Source: Flavobacteriales bacterium (GTDB lineage: Bacteria > Bacteroidota > Bacteroidia > Flavobacteriales_F > PHOS-HE28). Taken from it: a DNA stretch of 64,000 nt. The stretch is from contig JAMLHB010000001.1 of assembly GCA_023957375.1 (NCBI GenBank), forward strand, positions 898,245 to 962,244. The letters run 5' to 3'. The position numbers were made by a program, and so were the translations under genes. Under the pieces are notes generated by a model. The model ran no database searches. It worked only from the letters and a program-made list of their open reading frames with translations, and was not told the DNA's origin. Positions 29,518 to 39,709 of this stretch are shown in pieces. Each line of letters starts with the position of its first letter. Position 1 is the stretch's first letter.

Positions 29518-30099
29518 TCAACCGTGCATTTCCGGCTGCGTGCCATAGCGCGCCACCACTTCAGCCTCATAGGCAAGGAATTTCTTCCAACGGCTATCCA
29601 CGTCCACCCGGCCTCCGTATTGCCGGGCCAAGCCGATAAACGTGCTGTAGTGCCCTGCCTCGCTCTCCATCAATTCCCGGTAGAAGGTGCGCAGCTCTGC
29701 ATCCTCCACCGTTTCCGACAACATCTTGAAGCGCTCGCAGCTTCTCGCCTCGATCATGGCGGAAAAGAGCAGCCGGTCCACTAAGCGCTCTTCCGTACTG
29801 CCGTCCTTGCGCACGAAAGCCAGCAACTCGTTCACGTAGTTGTCCTTCTTCTCCGGCTCCAATGCCCACCCACGGGCCTCAATGCGTTCCACCACCATGC
29901 CGAAGTGCGCCATTTCCTCCTGTGCGATCTGCAACAACTCCCTCACCAAGCTGGTCAAGCCGGGATTGCGCACGATGATAGCCAAGGCATTGCTGGCTGC
30001 TTTGTGCTCGCACCACGCATGATCGATCAGTAGGGTGCGGAGGTCTTGTGTGGCGAAGGCCGCCCAGCGGGGGTCGGTGGGGAGTTGGAGGTGAAGCAT
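29518..30099 (-). CDS. miaE: tRNA-(ms2io6A37)-hydroxylase
   Basis: Di-iron ferritin-like motifs EExAH (QEEMAHF) and ESEAGHY. Start trimmed to ATG 30099. Confidence 0.8.
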   Translation of the reverse strand: MLHLQLPTDPRWAAFATQDLRTLLIDHAWCEHKAASNALAIIVRNPGLTSLVRELLQIAQEEMAHFGMVVERIEARGWALEPEKKDNYVNELLAFVRKDGSTEERLVDRLLFSAMIEARSCERFKMLSETVEDAELRTFYRELMESEAGHYSTFIGLARQYGGRVDVDSRWKKFLAYEAEVVARYGTQPEMHG

Positions 30100-30391
30100 G
30101 GTCAATGGCAAAGGAAGGCAACCCCAGGCTGGCAGGCAACACCTACCGCTTTCCGGCTTAGTTGCACGGATGTAATCACCTCCAATGAAACAGGTGGGGG
30201 TAGCACGGCTCCTGCCACCAGCCGATGGAAAGGCATTTACCAACCGGATGGGAACGGCCTTGCTTGACAAAGCACTTTCAAAGATCATAATATTGCATTC
30301 ATCGAATCCCGGGAAACATTCGTCGATAGGATTTGACCATTCGTTGAAAACCAAAGCCTCCCCAAGGAACTCGTTCAAAAACAACCGGAAG

Positions 30392-33300
30392 ATGAAGACA
30401 ACAATACCCCCCATTGTGCATCCAGGCTGCTCTGCCAAGGCTGTGCTTTGGTCGTTAGCCTTGCTGTTGGGCACGCCACAACTGGCACGATCACAGAGCT
30501 ATTGTACCGCTGGTGCCAATACGCCTGGCGCCGCAGGCATCACCGAGGTGGTGTTCAATGAGATCAGCAACGCATCGGTGGCTACCCCGGCCTATTCGAA
30601 TTTCACCGCACAAATCACCAACGTGGTGGTGGGCAATTCCTACCAGCTATCGGTGAAGGTGGTGGCCACCGGCACCTTATTTGGGAGCCCGACCAATACG
30701 GCCATGGCCTGGATCGACTGGAACCAGAACGGTACGTTCGAGGCCTCGGAAAGCTATGCCTTGGGCACCCTGAACGCCGGTCTTTTCGGCAGTGAAGCAG
30801 AGGGTTATACCAGTGCTTCGCCATTGAACATCACCGTACCCGGCACCGCATTGGGCGGCAACACCCGCATGCGGGTCCGGACACGGCGCGGCAGCGCGCC
30901 CTCCGCTTGCGGCAACATCAACCACAGCGAAGCGGAAGACTATACTGTGAACGTGATCGTGCCCGTCTATTGCAGCGGTACACCGGCACCGGGCCTGACC
31001 ACTACCTCCACGGCCATTCCCTGCCCGGGCATTCCGTTCACCTTGGGCATGCAGAACAATTCCGCGGACCTGGGCCTCACTTACCAATGGCAAAGCAGCA
31101 CTACCGGCTTGGCCGGCTCCTATGCAAACAACGGCTTGGGCACAGCTCCTACGCAAGTTACCAGTGCAACCGTGCCCACTTGGTACCGCGTGGTGGTCAC
31201 GTGTTCCGGGCAGGACGGGATCAGTACGCCGGTAACCGTCTCACCAAGCCCGTTTGCCGCCGCCTGTTATTGTGCCGTCACTGCCAACAGCAATGATGCC
31301 ACCGGGATCACCAGGGTACAATTGGGCACCATCGACAACAGCACGAGCTCGGCCCCGGCCTATAGCGATTTCAGCAACTTGACCACCGTGATGAACGCCG
31401 GTGACAGCTATCCCTTGACCGTAACGGCAAATGCCCCAGGGTTCACCCTGGCGTACATCACCGCCTGGATCGATTGGGACCACAGCGGGGTGTTCGATGC
31501 CTCAGAATCTTACGACTTGGGGCTCGTGTTGTTGGGTGAAGCCATTACCAGCAGCTCGCCGTTGGGCATTACCGTGCCACAGAACGCGGCTGGCGGCCCC
31601 ACCATCATGCGGATCAGAGCGACCAATTCGACGGCCCCCAGTGCGTGCGGCAATAACGACAACAGCGAGGCGGAAGACTATATGCTCAACGTGATCCCGC
31701 CACACAACACGTGCAGTACCGCATTCCCGGTGCAATGCGGCCAGAGCTATCCGGGCAAAACCACGGGCGTAGCGCCCAGCATGCCCGGCAGCACATGCCC
31801 CTTCAACGGGCCGGCCAGCAGCGGCGGGCAGAACTGGTGGCTGTATACCGCCACCGGCGATAATGCGGTCACCTTCAGCACCTGCGGCAATGCCGACTTC
31901 GACACCCGCATCTCGGTGTTCAGTGGTGCAGATTGCGCCAGCCTGGCCTGCACGGCCATGAACGACGACAGCCCAGGCTGCGCCACCGGCAGTAGCGAGG
32001 TGACCATCAACACCACCACGGGAACCACCTACTGGATCGCGGTGCACGGTGCCGGTGCGCAAGAGGGATCGTACACATTGTCCGTATCCTGCGGTGCCGT
32101 TTGCCCACCCCAAGCCAATGACGTTTGTGCCAGTGCCACCTCCATAGCCAATCACCTGCGCGACGGCAGCAACACCCCGGCCACCTACACCAACGCCTGC
32201 GCCACCGTGGACGGCCCCACATCGGCCAGCGGAGCCATGCCCGTGAGCGGCGTGTGGTTCAACTTAAGCACCGGCGACTTCAGCCATGCCTTGCTCTCCG
32301 TTGTCGACCATGGATCCGATGCCCAATACAGCGCCACCACCTTGAATTTCGCCTTGTTCAGTGGTGCCTGCAATAACTTGGGGGCCGAAGATGAGGTGGC
32401 CGTCACCACTGATGCGGATGGGTTCAACATAGTCGACCTTGCGCCCAATTCCAACTACCTGCTGCTGGTGTACAACAACGGCAGCTCCGGCGTGGCGGGC
32501 ACCTTCGGCCTGATGCTGGAGCACGCCGCACACAACGACGCCTCCATCGCCGCCCTGCTCTCCCCCGCCCCGGGCTTGCTCTGCGGCTCCACCATGGCCC
32601 CGGAGGTCACCCTGCTGAACAACGGTGACAACGACCTCACCAGCGTGCAGATCAACTACGGACTGAGCGGCGGACCGGTGCACACCTACAACTGGACGGG
32701 CAACCTGGCCTACGGCCAATCGGTGAACGTCACCCTGCCCACCGTGCCCACCGTCTCCGGAACCGGCCAAACCCTGGCCGTGTCCACCAGCATGCCCAAC
32801 GGAGTGGCCGACGACATGCCCGCCAACGACAGCCAAAGCATCCTCGTCGACGTGAGCGGAGAACCCGTAGTGCTCAAGATCAAAACGGACAATGACGCCA
32901 GCTTCTTCTACTGGGAGATCTACGACCAGGCTTTCAGCATAGTGGCCACCGGAGGGTACTACCCCTTGGCCAACAACCTGTACAGCGAGAACCTCTGCCT
33001 GTCCACCGACAACGGCAACTGCTACAGCCTGGCCCTGTACGACGACAATGGCGACGGCCTGTGCTGCAACAACGGCAACGGATTCTGGGAGCTGCGCACC
33101 ACCTCCGGGCGATTGCTGCTGCGCGACCTCTTCGACGGCAGCATCGACGGCTACTCCTCACCCTCCGGGTCCACGCAGACGCCCAGCTACGGCAGCGGCC
33201 ACAACTTCTGCCTGCCCGCAGGGCCCTCGCGCATCATGGCCAACGAGTGCGGCGTGTTTACCAACGGCATGTACGACAAGGTCTACAGCAACAAGGTGAC

Positions 33301-34147
33301 CGGTGCCACCCAGTACCAGTTCGAGTTCAGCAACCCCGACGCCGGCTACATGCGCCGCATCGCACGCCCGCACAACTACGTGGTGTTCTACGAGATGGTC
33401 TCCAGCCCATTAGTGCCCGGCGTAGTGTACTTCACCCGCGTGCGCACCAATGAGGCAGGCCCCTTGGCCAGCGCACACTGGGGATCGGGCTGCGACCTCG
33501 GCTTGGGCATCGCCCAGGTGGTGCAGTGCACCCAGCTGATCCAGGCACCCGCCTATGGCCACTCCTGCAACGAGACCCGCAGCTTCAACGCACCCTACAA
33601 CTACCTCTATGCCAGACCCGTGACCGGCGCCACCACCTACACCTTCAAGGTCACCGGTGACGACGGCAACTACAACAGCGGCATCGAGTTCGTGCGCAGC
33701 ACGTACATCCTGGCACTGGGCTGGGGTACTGACGAGGCACCGGCGCTCCAGGACCAGAGCACCTACCAGGTGCAGGTGCGGGTGACGGTGAACGGCATTG
33801 AGGGCACCTACTGCGGCAACGTGTGCAATGTCACCATCGACAACAGCCCGAATTTGGGGATACGCTTGACGCAGACCGAAGGGCAGCCTGAGTTCAACCT
33901 CTGGCCGAACCCCAACAACGGGCAGCACCTGAACGTGGCCCTGAGCGGCTTGGACAGCGGGCTCACCACCGCCGATGTGCTCCTGGTGGACCTCACCGGC
34001 CGCATGGTCATTGGCACCCAACTACCTGTTGCAGGCGGTGCGGTCAACAGCTTGATCGAGCTGGGCAATGCCGCCAACGGCACCTACCTGCTGCAGATCA
34101 TCGTCGGTGGCAAGACATGGACCAAGCACGTGGTGGTCAGCAAATAG
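30392..34147 (+). CDS. large T9SS-secreted protein: two GEVED-like domains, central region, conserved approx 330-aa pre-tail module, T9SS type A sorting domain
   Basis: Signal peptide MKTTIPPIVHPGCSAKAVLWSLALLLG. GEVED-like signature twice (AWIDWNQNG...CGN...SEAEDYTVNV). C-terminal NLWPNPNNGQHLNV...TYLLQII...K Por-tail. Confidence 0.8.
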   Translation: MKTTIPPIVHPGCSAKAVLWSLALLLGTPQLARSQSYCTAGANTPGAAGITEVVFNEISNASVATPAYSNFTAQITNVVVGNSYQLSVKVVATGTLFGSPTNTAMAWIDWNQNGTFEASESYALGTLNAGLFGSEAEGYTSASPLNITVPGTALGGNTRMRVRTRRGSAPSACGNINHSEAEDYTVNVIVPVYCSGTPAPGLTTTSTAIPCPGIPFTLGMQNNSADLGLTYQWQSSTTGLAGSYANNGLGTAPTQVTSATVPTWYRVVVTCSGQDGISTPVTVSPSPFAAACYCAVTANSNDATGITRVQLGTIDNSTSSAPAYSDFSNLTTVMNAGDSYPLTVTANAPGFTLAYITAWIDWDHSGVFDASESYDLGLVLLGEAITSSSPLGITVPQNAAGGPTIMRIRATNSTAPSACGNNDNSEAEDYMLNVIPPHNTCSTAFPVQCGQSYPGKTTGVAPSMPGSTCPFNGPASSGGQNWWLYTATGDNAVTFSTCGNADFDTRISVFSGADCASLACTAMNDDSPGCATGSSEVTINTTTGTTYWIAVHGAGAQEGSYTLSVSCGAVCPPQANDVCASATSIANHLRDGSNTPATYTNACATVDGPTSASGAMPVSGVWFNLSTGDFSHALLSVVDHGSDAQYSATTLNFALFSGACNNLGAEDEVAVTTDADGFNIVDLAPNSNYLLLVYNNGSSGVAGTFGLMLEHAAHNDASIAALLSPAPGLLCGSTMAPEVTLLNNGDNDLTSVQINYGLSGGPVHTYNWTGNLAYGQSVNVTLPTVPTVSGTGQTLAVSTSMPNGVADDMPANDSQSILVDVSGEPVVLKIKTDNDASFFYWEIYDQAFSIVATGGYYPLANNLYSENLCLSTDNGNCYSLALYDDNGDGLCCNNGNGFWELRTTSGRLLLRDLFDGSIDGYSSPSGSTQTPSYGSGHNFCLPAGPSRIMANECGVFTNGMYDKVYSNKVTGATQYQFEFSNPDAGYMRRIARPHNYVVFYEMVSSPLVPGVVYFTRVRTNEAGPLASAHWGSGCDLGLGIAQVVQCTQLIQAPAYGHSCNETRSFNAPYNYLYARPVTGATTYTFKVTGDDGNYNSGIEFVRSTYILALGWGTDEAPALQDQSTYQVQVRVTVNGIEGTYCGNVCNVTIDNSPNLGIRLTQTEGQPEFNLWPNPNNGQHLNVALSGLDSGLTTADVLLVDLTGRMVIGTQLPVAGGAVNSLIELGNAANGTYLLQIIVGGKTWTKHVVVSK

Positions 34148-34460
34148 TTGCCCTACTCCACTAAGCCACAGGGCCGCCCGGCGGGCGGCCCTGTGTGCTG
34201 GGGCGATGTACCGAGTTGTCAATGGGGATGGCGGGGAGATTCTATCACGGCCGAAGGCCCCATTCAAGAAATAGGGTCGTTCGGCCATTGGGCCCGGAAG
34301 AGCGGAATTGCAAGACTCCCAAGCTCAATCCACTACCGAACCTAATTGCCAACTCACCCCGTCCCATGGCCGCAATAGGGAAAAAAACAGGAACAATTGC
34401 CTTTTCATTTCAGCTTACCTACTTTGCGCCGATGAAATCCAACATCTAAAACCCACCCAG

Positions 34461-37400
34461 ATGAGACCACGCAAGACCCTTCCCCCATGGACCAAGCCAA
34501 TTTTTGCGGCTGTCTTCCTCCTTTTCGGTTTCATGGCACAGGCGCAGCAATGCCCCAACATGGCGGCCAACGTAGGAGACCCCTGCGATGACAACAGGCC
34601 ATACACCACCAACGACGTGGTGATCATGAATAGCGGCGGTTGCATGTGCCTTGGGGCCGATATGATACCCACCTCCGTGGATATCCGTCTGGTGCCCAGT
34701 GCCCAACCGAACAAGCTGGACTTGCAGATCATGCTGCATTCGACGGAAGTATTCGGGGGGGTATTGAGCGCCTTGACGGTTACCATCCGGTATGATGCCT
34801 CAGCCGGTGCGGCCTTGGGCGGCGGCGTTGAATTCTGCCCGGCCTGGCCCCTTGACCCGGAAGCCGTGGTCACCAACAGTGGCATGGCCTACCGCACGTA
34901 CAACGGGTTCGGGTTGACGCGACTGGACACAGATCCGGGCCCATTTGATGATGAAGGATGCGGGGCCACACTCCCTGTGGAAACATGGTTCACCGTATCG
35001 ACAATTCCCTACTCGGCGCCGAACTGCGTGACATTCACGTTGGGCAATGATGCCTTCACAGGAGCCAATAACAGAGATTTCTATCTATCAATGAACGGCT
35101 GGGATCGCACAGGCAATGTTATCGGCGGCCCTGTGCAAGTAGGCCCCTGTAGCGTGGATTGTGCCGGTGTGCCGGGCGGTACAGCCTATCTGGACAACTG
35201 CAACCAGTGCGTTGGTGGTACCACGGGGAATGTGCCTTGCACCCAGGACTGCAACGGCGACTGGGGTGGAACGGCTTCCCTTGACAATTGCGGCACCTGC
35301 GCAGGCGGAAATACCGGCGTAACGCCTTGCACCCAGGACTGCAACGGCGACTGGGGCGGAACGGCTTCCGTTGATAATTGCGGTACCTGCGCAGGCGGAA
35401 ACACCGGCGTAACACCTTGCACCCAGGACTGCAACGGCGACTGGGGCGGAACCGCTTCCGTTGATAATTGCGGTACCTGCGCAGGCGGAAACACCGGCGT
35501 GGTACCCTGTGCACAGGACTGCAACGGCGACTGGGGCGGAACGGCTTCCGTTGACAATTGCGGCACCTGCGCGGGCGGAAACACCGGCGTAACGCCTTGC
35601 ACCCAGGACTGCAACGGCGACTGGGGCGGAACGGCTTCCGTTGATAATTGCGGTACCTGCGCAGGCGGAAACACCGGCGTAACGCCTTGCACCCAGGACT
35701 GCAACGGCGACTGGGGCGGAACGGCTTCCGTTGACAATTGCGGCACCTGCGCAGGCGGAAACACCGGCGTAACACCTTGCACCCAGGACTGCAACGGCGA
35801 CTGGGGCGGAACGGCTTCCGTTGACAATTGCGGCACCTGCGCAGGCGGAAACACCGGCGTAACGCCTTGCACCCAGGACTGCAACGGTGATTGGGGCGGA
35901 ACCGCCTACATGGACAACTGCGCAACCTGCGTGGGTGGCAACACCGGGCTGGAACCCTGCGTGAGCGACTGCAACGGAGTGCCCGGCGGATCCGCTTTCG
36001 TGGACAACTGCGGCACCTGCGTGGGCGGCGACACCGGACTGGAAGCCTGCGTGCAGGACTGCAACGGCGACTGGGGCGGAACGGCTTCCCTTGACAACTG
36101 CGGCACCTGCACCGGTGGCAACACCGGCGTAACACCTTGCACCCAGGACTGCAACGGTGATTGGGGCGGAACCGCTTACATGGACAACTGCGCAACCTGC
36201 GTGGGTGGCAACACCGGGCTGGAACCCTGCGTGAGCGACTGCAACGGAGTGCCCGGCGGATCCGCTTTCGTGGACAACTGCGGCACCTGCGTGGGCGGCG
36301 ACACCGGACTGGAAGCCTGCGTGCAGGACTGCAACGGCGACTGGGGCGGAACGGCTTCCCTTGACAACTGCGGCACCTGCACCGGTGGCAACACCGGCGT
36401 AACACCTTGCACCCAGGACTGCAACGGTGATTGGGGCGGAACCGCTTACATGGACAACTGCGCAACCTGCGTGGGTGGCAACACCGGGCTGGAACCCTGC
36501 GTGAGCGACTGCAACGGAGTGCCCGGCGGATCCGCTTTCGTGGACAACTGCGGCACCTGCGTGGGCGGCGACACCGGACTGGAAGCCTGCGTGCAGGACT
36601 GCAACGGCGACTGGGGCGGAACGGCTTCCCTTGACAACTGCGGCACCTGCACCGGTGGCAACACCGGCGTAACACCTTGCACCCAGGACTGCAACGGTGA
36701 TTGGGGCGGAACCGCTTACATGGACAACTGCGCAACCTGCGTGGGTGGCAACACCGGGCTGGAACCCTGCGTGAGCGACTGCAACGGAGTGCCCGGCGGA
36801 TCCGCTTTCGTGGACAACTGCGGCACCTGCGTGGGCGGCGACACCGGACTGGAAGCCTGCGTGCAGGACTGCAACGGCGACTGGGGCGGAACGGCTTCCC
36901 TTGACAACTGCGGCACCTGCACCGGTGGCAACACCGGCGTAACACCTTGCACCCAGGACTGCAACGGTGATTGGGGCGGAACCGCTTACATGGACAACTG
37001 CGCAACCTGCGTGGGTGGCAACACCGGGCTGGAACCCTGCGTGAGCGACTGCAACGGAGTGCCCGGCGGATCCGCTTTCGTGGACAACTGCGGCACCTGC
37101 GTGGGCGGCGACACCGGACTGGAAGCCTGCGTGCAGGACTGCAACGGCGACTGGGGCGGAACGGCTTCCCTTGACAACTGCGGCACCTGCACCGGTGGCA
37201 ACACCGGCGTAACACCTTGCACCCAGGACTGCAACGGTGATTGGGGCGGAACCGCTTACATGGACAACTGCGCAACCTGCGTGGGTGGCAACACCGGGCT
37301 GGAACCCTGCGTGAGCGACTGCAACGGAGTGCCCGGCGGATCCGCTTTCGTGGACAACTGCGGCACCTGCGTGGGCGGCGACACCGGACTGGAAGCCTGC

Positions 37401-38861
37401 GTGCAGGACTGCAACGGCGACTGGGGCGGAACGGCTTCCCTTGACAACTGCGGCACCTGCACCGGTGGCAACACCGGCGTAACACCTTGCACCCAGGACT
37501 GCAACGGTGATTGGGGCGGAACCGCCTACATGGACAACTGCGCAACCTGCGTGGGTGGCAACACCGGGCTGGAACCCTGCTCGGGGCCTTGCACCGGCAA
37601 CGAAGTAGTGGTCGTGATCCATGCTGATGGCCAAGCCGACCAGCTGAGCTGGGTGATCACCAACGACGGCGGTACCACCATCGCATCGGGCGCTCTTTCT
37701 GCAGGTCAAAACAACAGTACGGTCAGCACCACGGCCTGCTTGGGAACCACGAATGACCCGGCCTGTTACGGCTTCCGCCTGATGGACAGCTTTGGCGACG
37801 GCATCTCCAACGGTGGGTGGGAACTGAAAACCACCAGTGGCAGGCTCTTGTTGCAGGATGCCTTCGCCTCCGGTGCAGTTTCCCCCGCATCGCCATCCGC
37901 AACCGCCGCGTATGGCAGCAGCCACAGCTTCTGCCTGCCTGAAGGACCGGCCAGGATCAAGCCCACCTCGTGCGGCATCTTCACCTATGGCTATTATGGA
38001 CAGGTGTTTGCCACCAAGGTGGTCGGCGCCACCCAGTACCAGTTCGAGTTCAGCGATCCCGATGCGGGTTATGTGCGCCGGATCGCACGTCCGCACGAAT
38101 GGGTGGGCTTCCATGAAATGACGACCAAGCCGTTGGTACCTGGTGTAGTGTACTTTGCCCGCGTGCGCACCGACCGCGATGGCCCCTTGGCCAGCGCACA
38201 CTTCGGCGCGGGCTGCGAACTGGGCATGGGCATTGCGCAGACCGTGCTTTGCACCCAGCTGATCGAGGCACCCAGTTACGGCCACTCCTGCAACGAGACA
38301 CGCATCTTCAACCACCCGTACAGCTTTATCTATGCAAAGCCGGTGGGTGCAGCGACCTCGTACACGTTCTGGATCACCGGTGATGGAGGGCTTTACGACC
38401 ATGAGTTCACCCGCAGCACCTACATCCTCCACCTCGGTTGGAGTGCAGCGGAGGCTCCCCCCTTGGTAAACGGAAGCACGTACCAAGTGCGTGTGAAAGT
38501 GGCCGCCAGCGGCGTTGAAGGGACTTATTGTGGCAACACCTGCGACATCACCATCAACAACAGCCCGGTGTTTGGCGAAATGGCGGTGCCGACCATGGGG
38601 AATGCCACCTTGTGGCCCAACCCTGCGCGTGACGGACAGGTGAACCTGAGCATTGACGGCATTCAGGACCTTGACCAACAAATCACCGTGGACGTGCAGG
38701 ATATCTACGGCAAACAGGTGTTTGCCCAGGAATTCGGCAACAGCGGTGATCGCTTCAGCACCATCCTGCAACTTCCCAAGGACATCGCCACCGGCGTGTA
38801 CATGGTGAACATCACCGTGAACGGTGAGCACAGCGTGCAGCGGCTTAGCATCATCAAGTAA
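34461..38861 (+). CDS. large T9SS-secreted protein with about 27 tandem 30-aa Cys-rich modules, conserved pre-tail module, T9SS type A sorting domain
   Basis: Signal peptide (IFAAVFLLFGFMAQAQ). Repeats are C.QDCNGDWGGTA..DNCG.C.GGNTG..P. C-terminal TLWPNPARDGQVNLSI...GVYMVNITVNG Por-tail. Confidence 0.8.
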   Translation: MRPRKTLPPWTKPIFAAVFLLFGFMAQAQQCPNMAANVGDPCDDNRPYTTNDVVIMNSGGCMCLGADMIPTSVDIRLVPSAQPNKLDLQIMLHSTEVFGGVLSALTVTIRYDASAGAALGGGVEFCPAWPLDPEAVVTNSGMAYRTYNGFGLTRLDTDPGPFDDEGCGATLPVETWFTVSTIPYSAPNCVTFTLGNDAFTGANNRDFYLSMNGWDRTGNVIGGPVQVGPCSVDCAGVPGGTAYLDNCNQCVGGTTGNVPCTQDCNGDWGGTASLDNCGTCAGGNTGVTPCTQDCNGDWGGTASVDNCGTCAGGNTGVTPCTQDCNGDWGGTASVDNCGTCAGGNTGVVPCAQDCNGDWGGTASVDNCGTCAGGNTGVTPCTQDCNGDWGGTASVDNCGTCAGGNTGVTPCTQDCNGDWGGTASVDNCGTCAGGNTGVTPCTQDCNGDWGGTASVDNCGTCAGGNTGVTPCTQDCNGDWGGTAYMDNCATCVGGNTGLEPCVSDCNGVPGGSAFVDNCGTCVGGDTGLEACVQDCNGDWGGTASLDNCGTCTGGNTGVTPCTQDCNGDWGGTAYMDNCATCVGGNTGLEPCVSDCNGVPGGSAFVDNCGTCVGGDTGLEACVQDCNGDWGGTASLDNCGTCTGGNTGVTPCTQDCNGDWGGTAYMDNCATCVGGNTGLEPCVSDCNGVPGGSAFVDNCGTCVGGDTGLEACVQDCNGDWGGTASLDNCGTCTGGNTGVTPCTQDCNGDWGGTAYMDNCATCVGGNTGLEPCVSDCNGVPGGSAFVDNCGTCVGGDTGLEACVQDCNGDWGGTASLDNCGTCTGGNTGVTPCTQDCNGDWGGTAYMDNCATCVGGNTGLEPCVSDCNGVPGGSAFVDNCGTCVGGDTGLEACVQDCNGDWGGTASLDNCGTCTGGNTGVTPCTQDCNGDWGGTAYMDNCATCVGGNTGLEPCVSDCNGVPGGSAFVDNCGTCVGGDTGLEACVQDCNGDWGGTASLDNCGTCTGGNTGVTPCTQDCNGDWGGTAYMDNCATCVGGNTGLEPCSGPCTGNEVVVVIHADGQADQLSWVITNDGGTTIASGALSAGQNNSTVSTTACLGTTNDPACYGFRLMDSFGDGISNGGWELKTTSGRLLLQDAFASGAVSPASPSATAAYGSSHSFCLPEGPARIKPTSCGIFTYGYYGQVFATKVVGATQYQFEFSDPDAGYVRRIARPHEWVGFHEMTTKPLVPGVVYFARVRTDRDGPLASAHFGAGCELGMGIAQTVLCTQLIEAPSYGHSCNETRIFNHPYSFIYAKPVGAATSYTFWITGDGGLYDHEFTRSTYILHLGWSAAEAPPLVNGSTYQVRVKVAASGVEGTYCGNTCDITINNSPVFGEMAVPTMGNATLWPNPARDGQVNLSIDGIQDLDQQITVDVQDIYGKQVFAQEFGNSGDRFSTILQLPKDIATGVYMVNITVNGEHSVQRLSIIK
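35149..37590 (+). repeat. tandem repeat array, 90-bp unit x approx 27; includes six near-identical 270-bp higher-order copies (approx 35868..37487)
   Basis: Identical sequence blocks recur at 270-bp spacing (e.g. GCAACGGTGATTGGGGCGGAACCGC at 35881, 36151, 36421, 36691, 36961, 37231, 37501). Six identical ORFs appear on each strand in the ORF track. Confidence 0.95.
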
Positions 38862-38881
38862 CCAACGACCCATACTAAACG

Positions 38882-38918
38882 AAGGGGCCGCCTCAAAAGG
38901 GCGGCCCCTTTGTGTTGT
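38882..38918 (+). terminator. rho-independent terminator after repeat protein gene
   Basis: AAGGGGCCGCC-TCAAAA-GGGCGGCCCCTT hairpin followed by a TGTGTTGT U-rich tract. Confidence 0.55.
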
Positions 38919-39709
38919 ATCCAACCGCTCTGCGAGGCGATGTTGCTGTGTGCCGGGGAATCCGGTGCACCAGTACTGGATCCATGTACTGCATGGGTTC
39001 GGTCCAAGGTTAGGCGCTGCTGCAAACCCTTTACAGGCACTGGCCGTGTGTTATGCGATGGTTGTGAAGGCTGCTTCGGATCTACCCTATGCGTCCCCAC
39101 GCAGAGGTACCAGGTCCGCCTTATACCATCTTGAATTGCAAATCAGGCCAAAAGATGCGCGGCAAATTCTTCGCAGGACGATCCGGGGGACCTGTGGCGT
39201 AGCCATAGCTACGGCGCTGGGCACCCGGAGAAGTAATGCGGAAAAGGAGCAAGCAGATTGGACTAATTTGTGGTTCAAGCTGGTATTACAACCATCATCA
39301 TGCATAGGCCAGTTCAACAGCGCTGGAGAGCTACCGGCCGATGCACACCCATCGACCGAGATGAACGAGGAAAGCCCCTGCAGACGCGGCCGTCACCACG
39401 GCACGGGCACTGCAAGCCCTTCCCGGATGAGCGCAGCCCCGTGGCCACCAGAGGCACCGTGCACTACATGCAGGTCCGTTCGCCGAGCGCCCGCCCAGAC
39501 CTGATGCGCAATGGGCCACATCCCTCTGCCGTGAACAACCATCTCCATCCGTGCTTCCCCAACCCGGCGACATCATCGGCGGTCACTTCACCCACCCGAA
39601 GAACAAGCTGAGCGATCAAAACGGCCCCAACGACACATACCGCAAAAGCTTCATGGTTGAACTTGCCGCTTATCCGGGAACCAGCCCGTCCTAATACCGA
39701 CACCAAGGA

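Noticed and set aside
30288-30295. TAATATTG as a -7 box upstream of the 30392 gene (also seen before rplS)
   Set aside because: It deviates from TAnnTTTG at position 5. It is plausible but too weak to call as a feature.
35088-38924. 1278-aa and 808-aa minus-strand ORFs plus repeating 82-aa and 67-aa ORFs through the repeat array
   Set aside because: Antisense to the repeat gene. The periodic identical ORFs are a by-product of the 270-bp repeats and the absence of stops in a GC-rich sequence.
38919-39709. Searched this gap for tmRNA, RNase P RNA, SRP RNA and tRNA signatures
   Set aside because: There is a partial GAGGAAAG match but no downstream RNase P P4 elements, no tmRNA tag reading frame or CCA end, no GGAAGG SRP domain IV, and no T-loop/acceptor pairing. 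The region is left as unexplained non-coding DNA.
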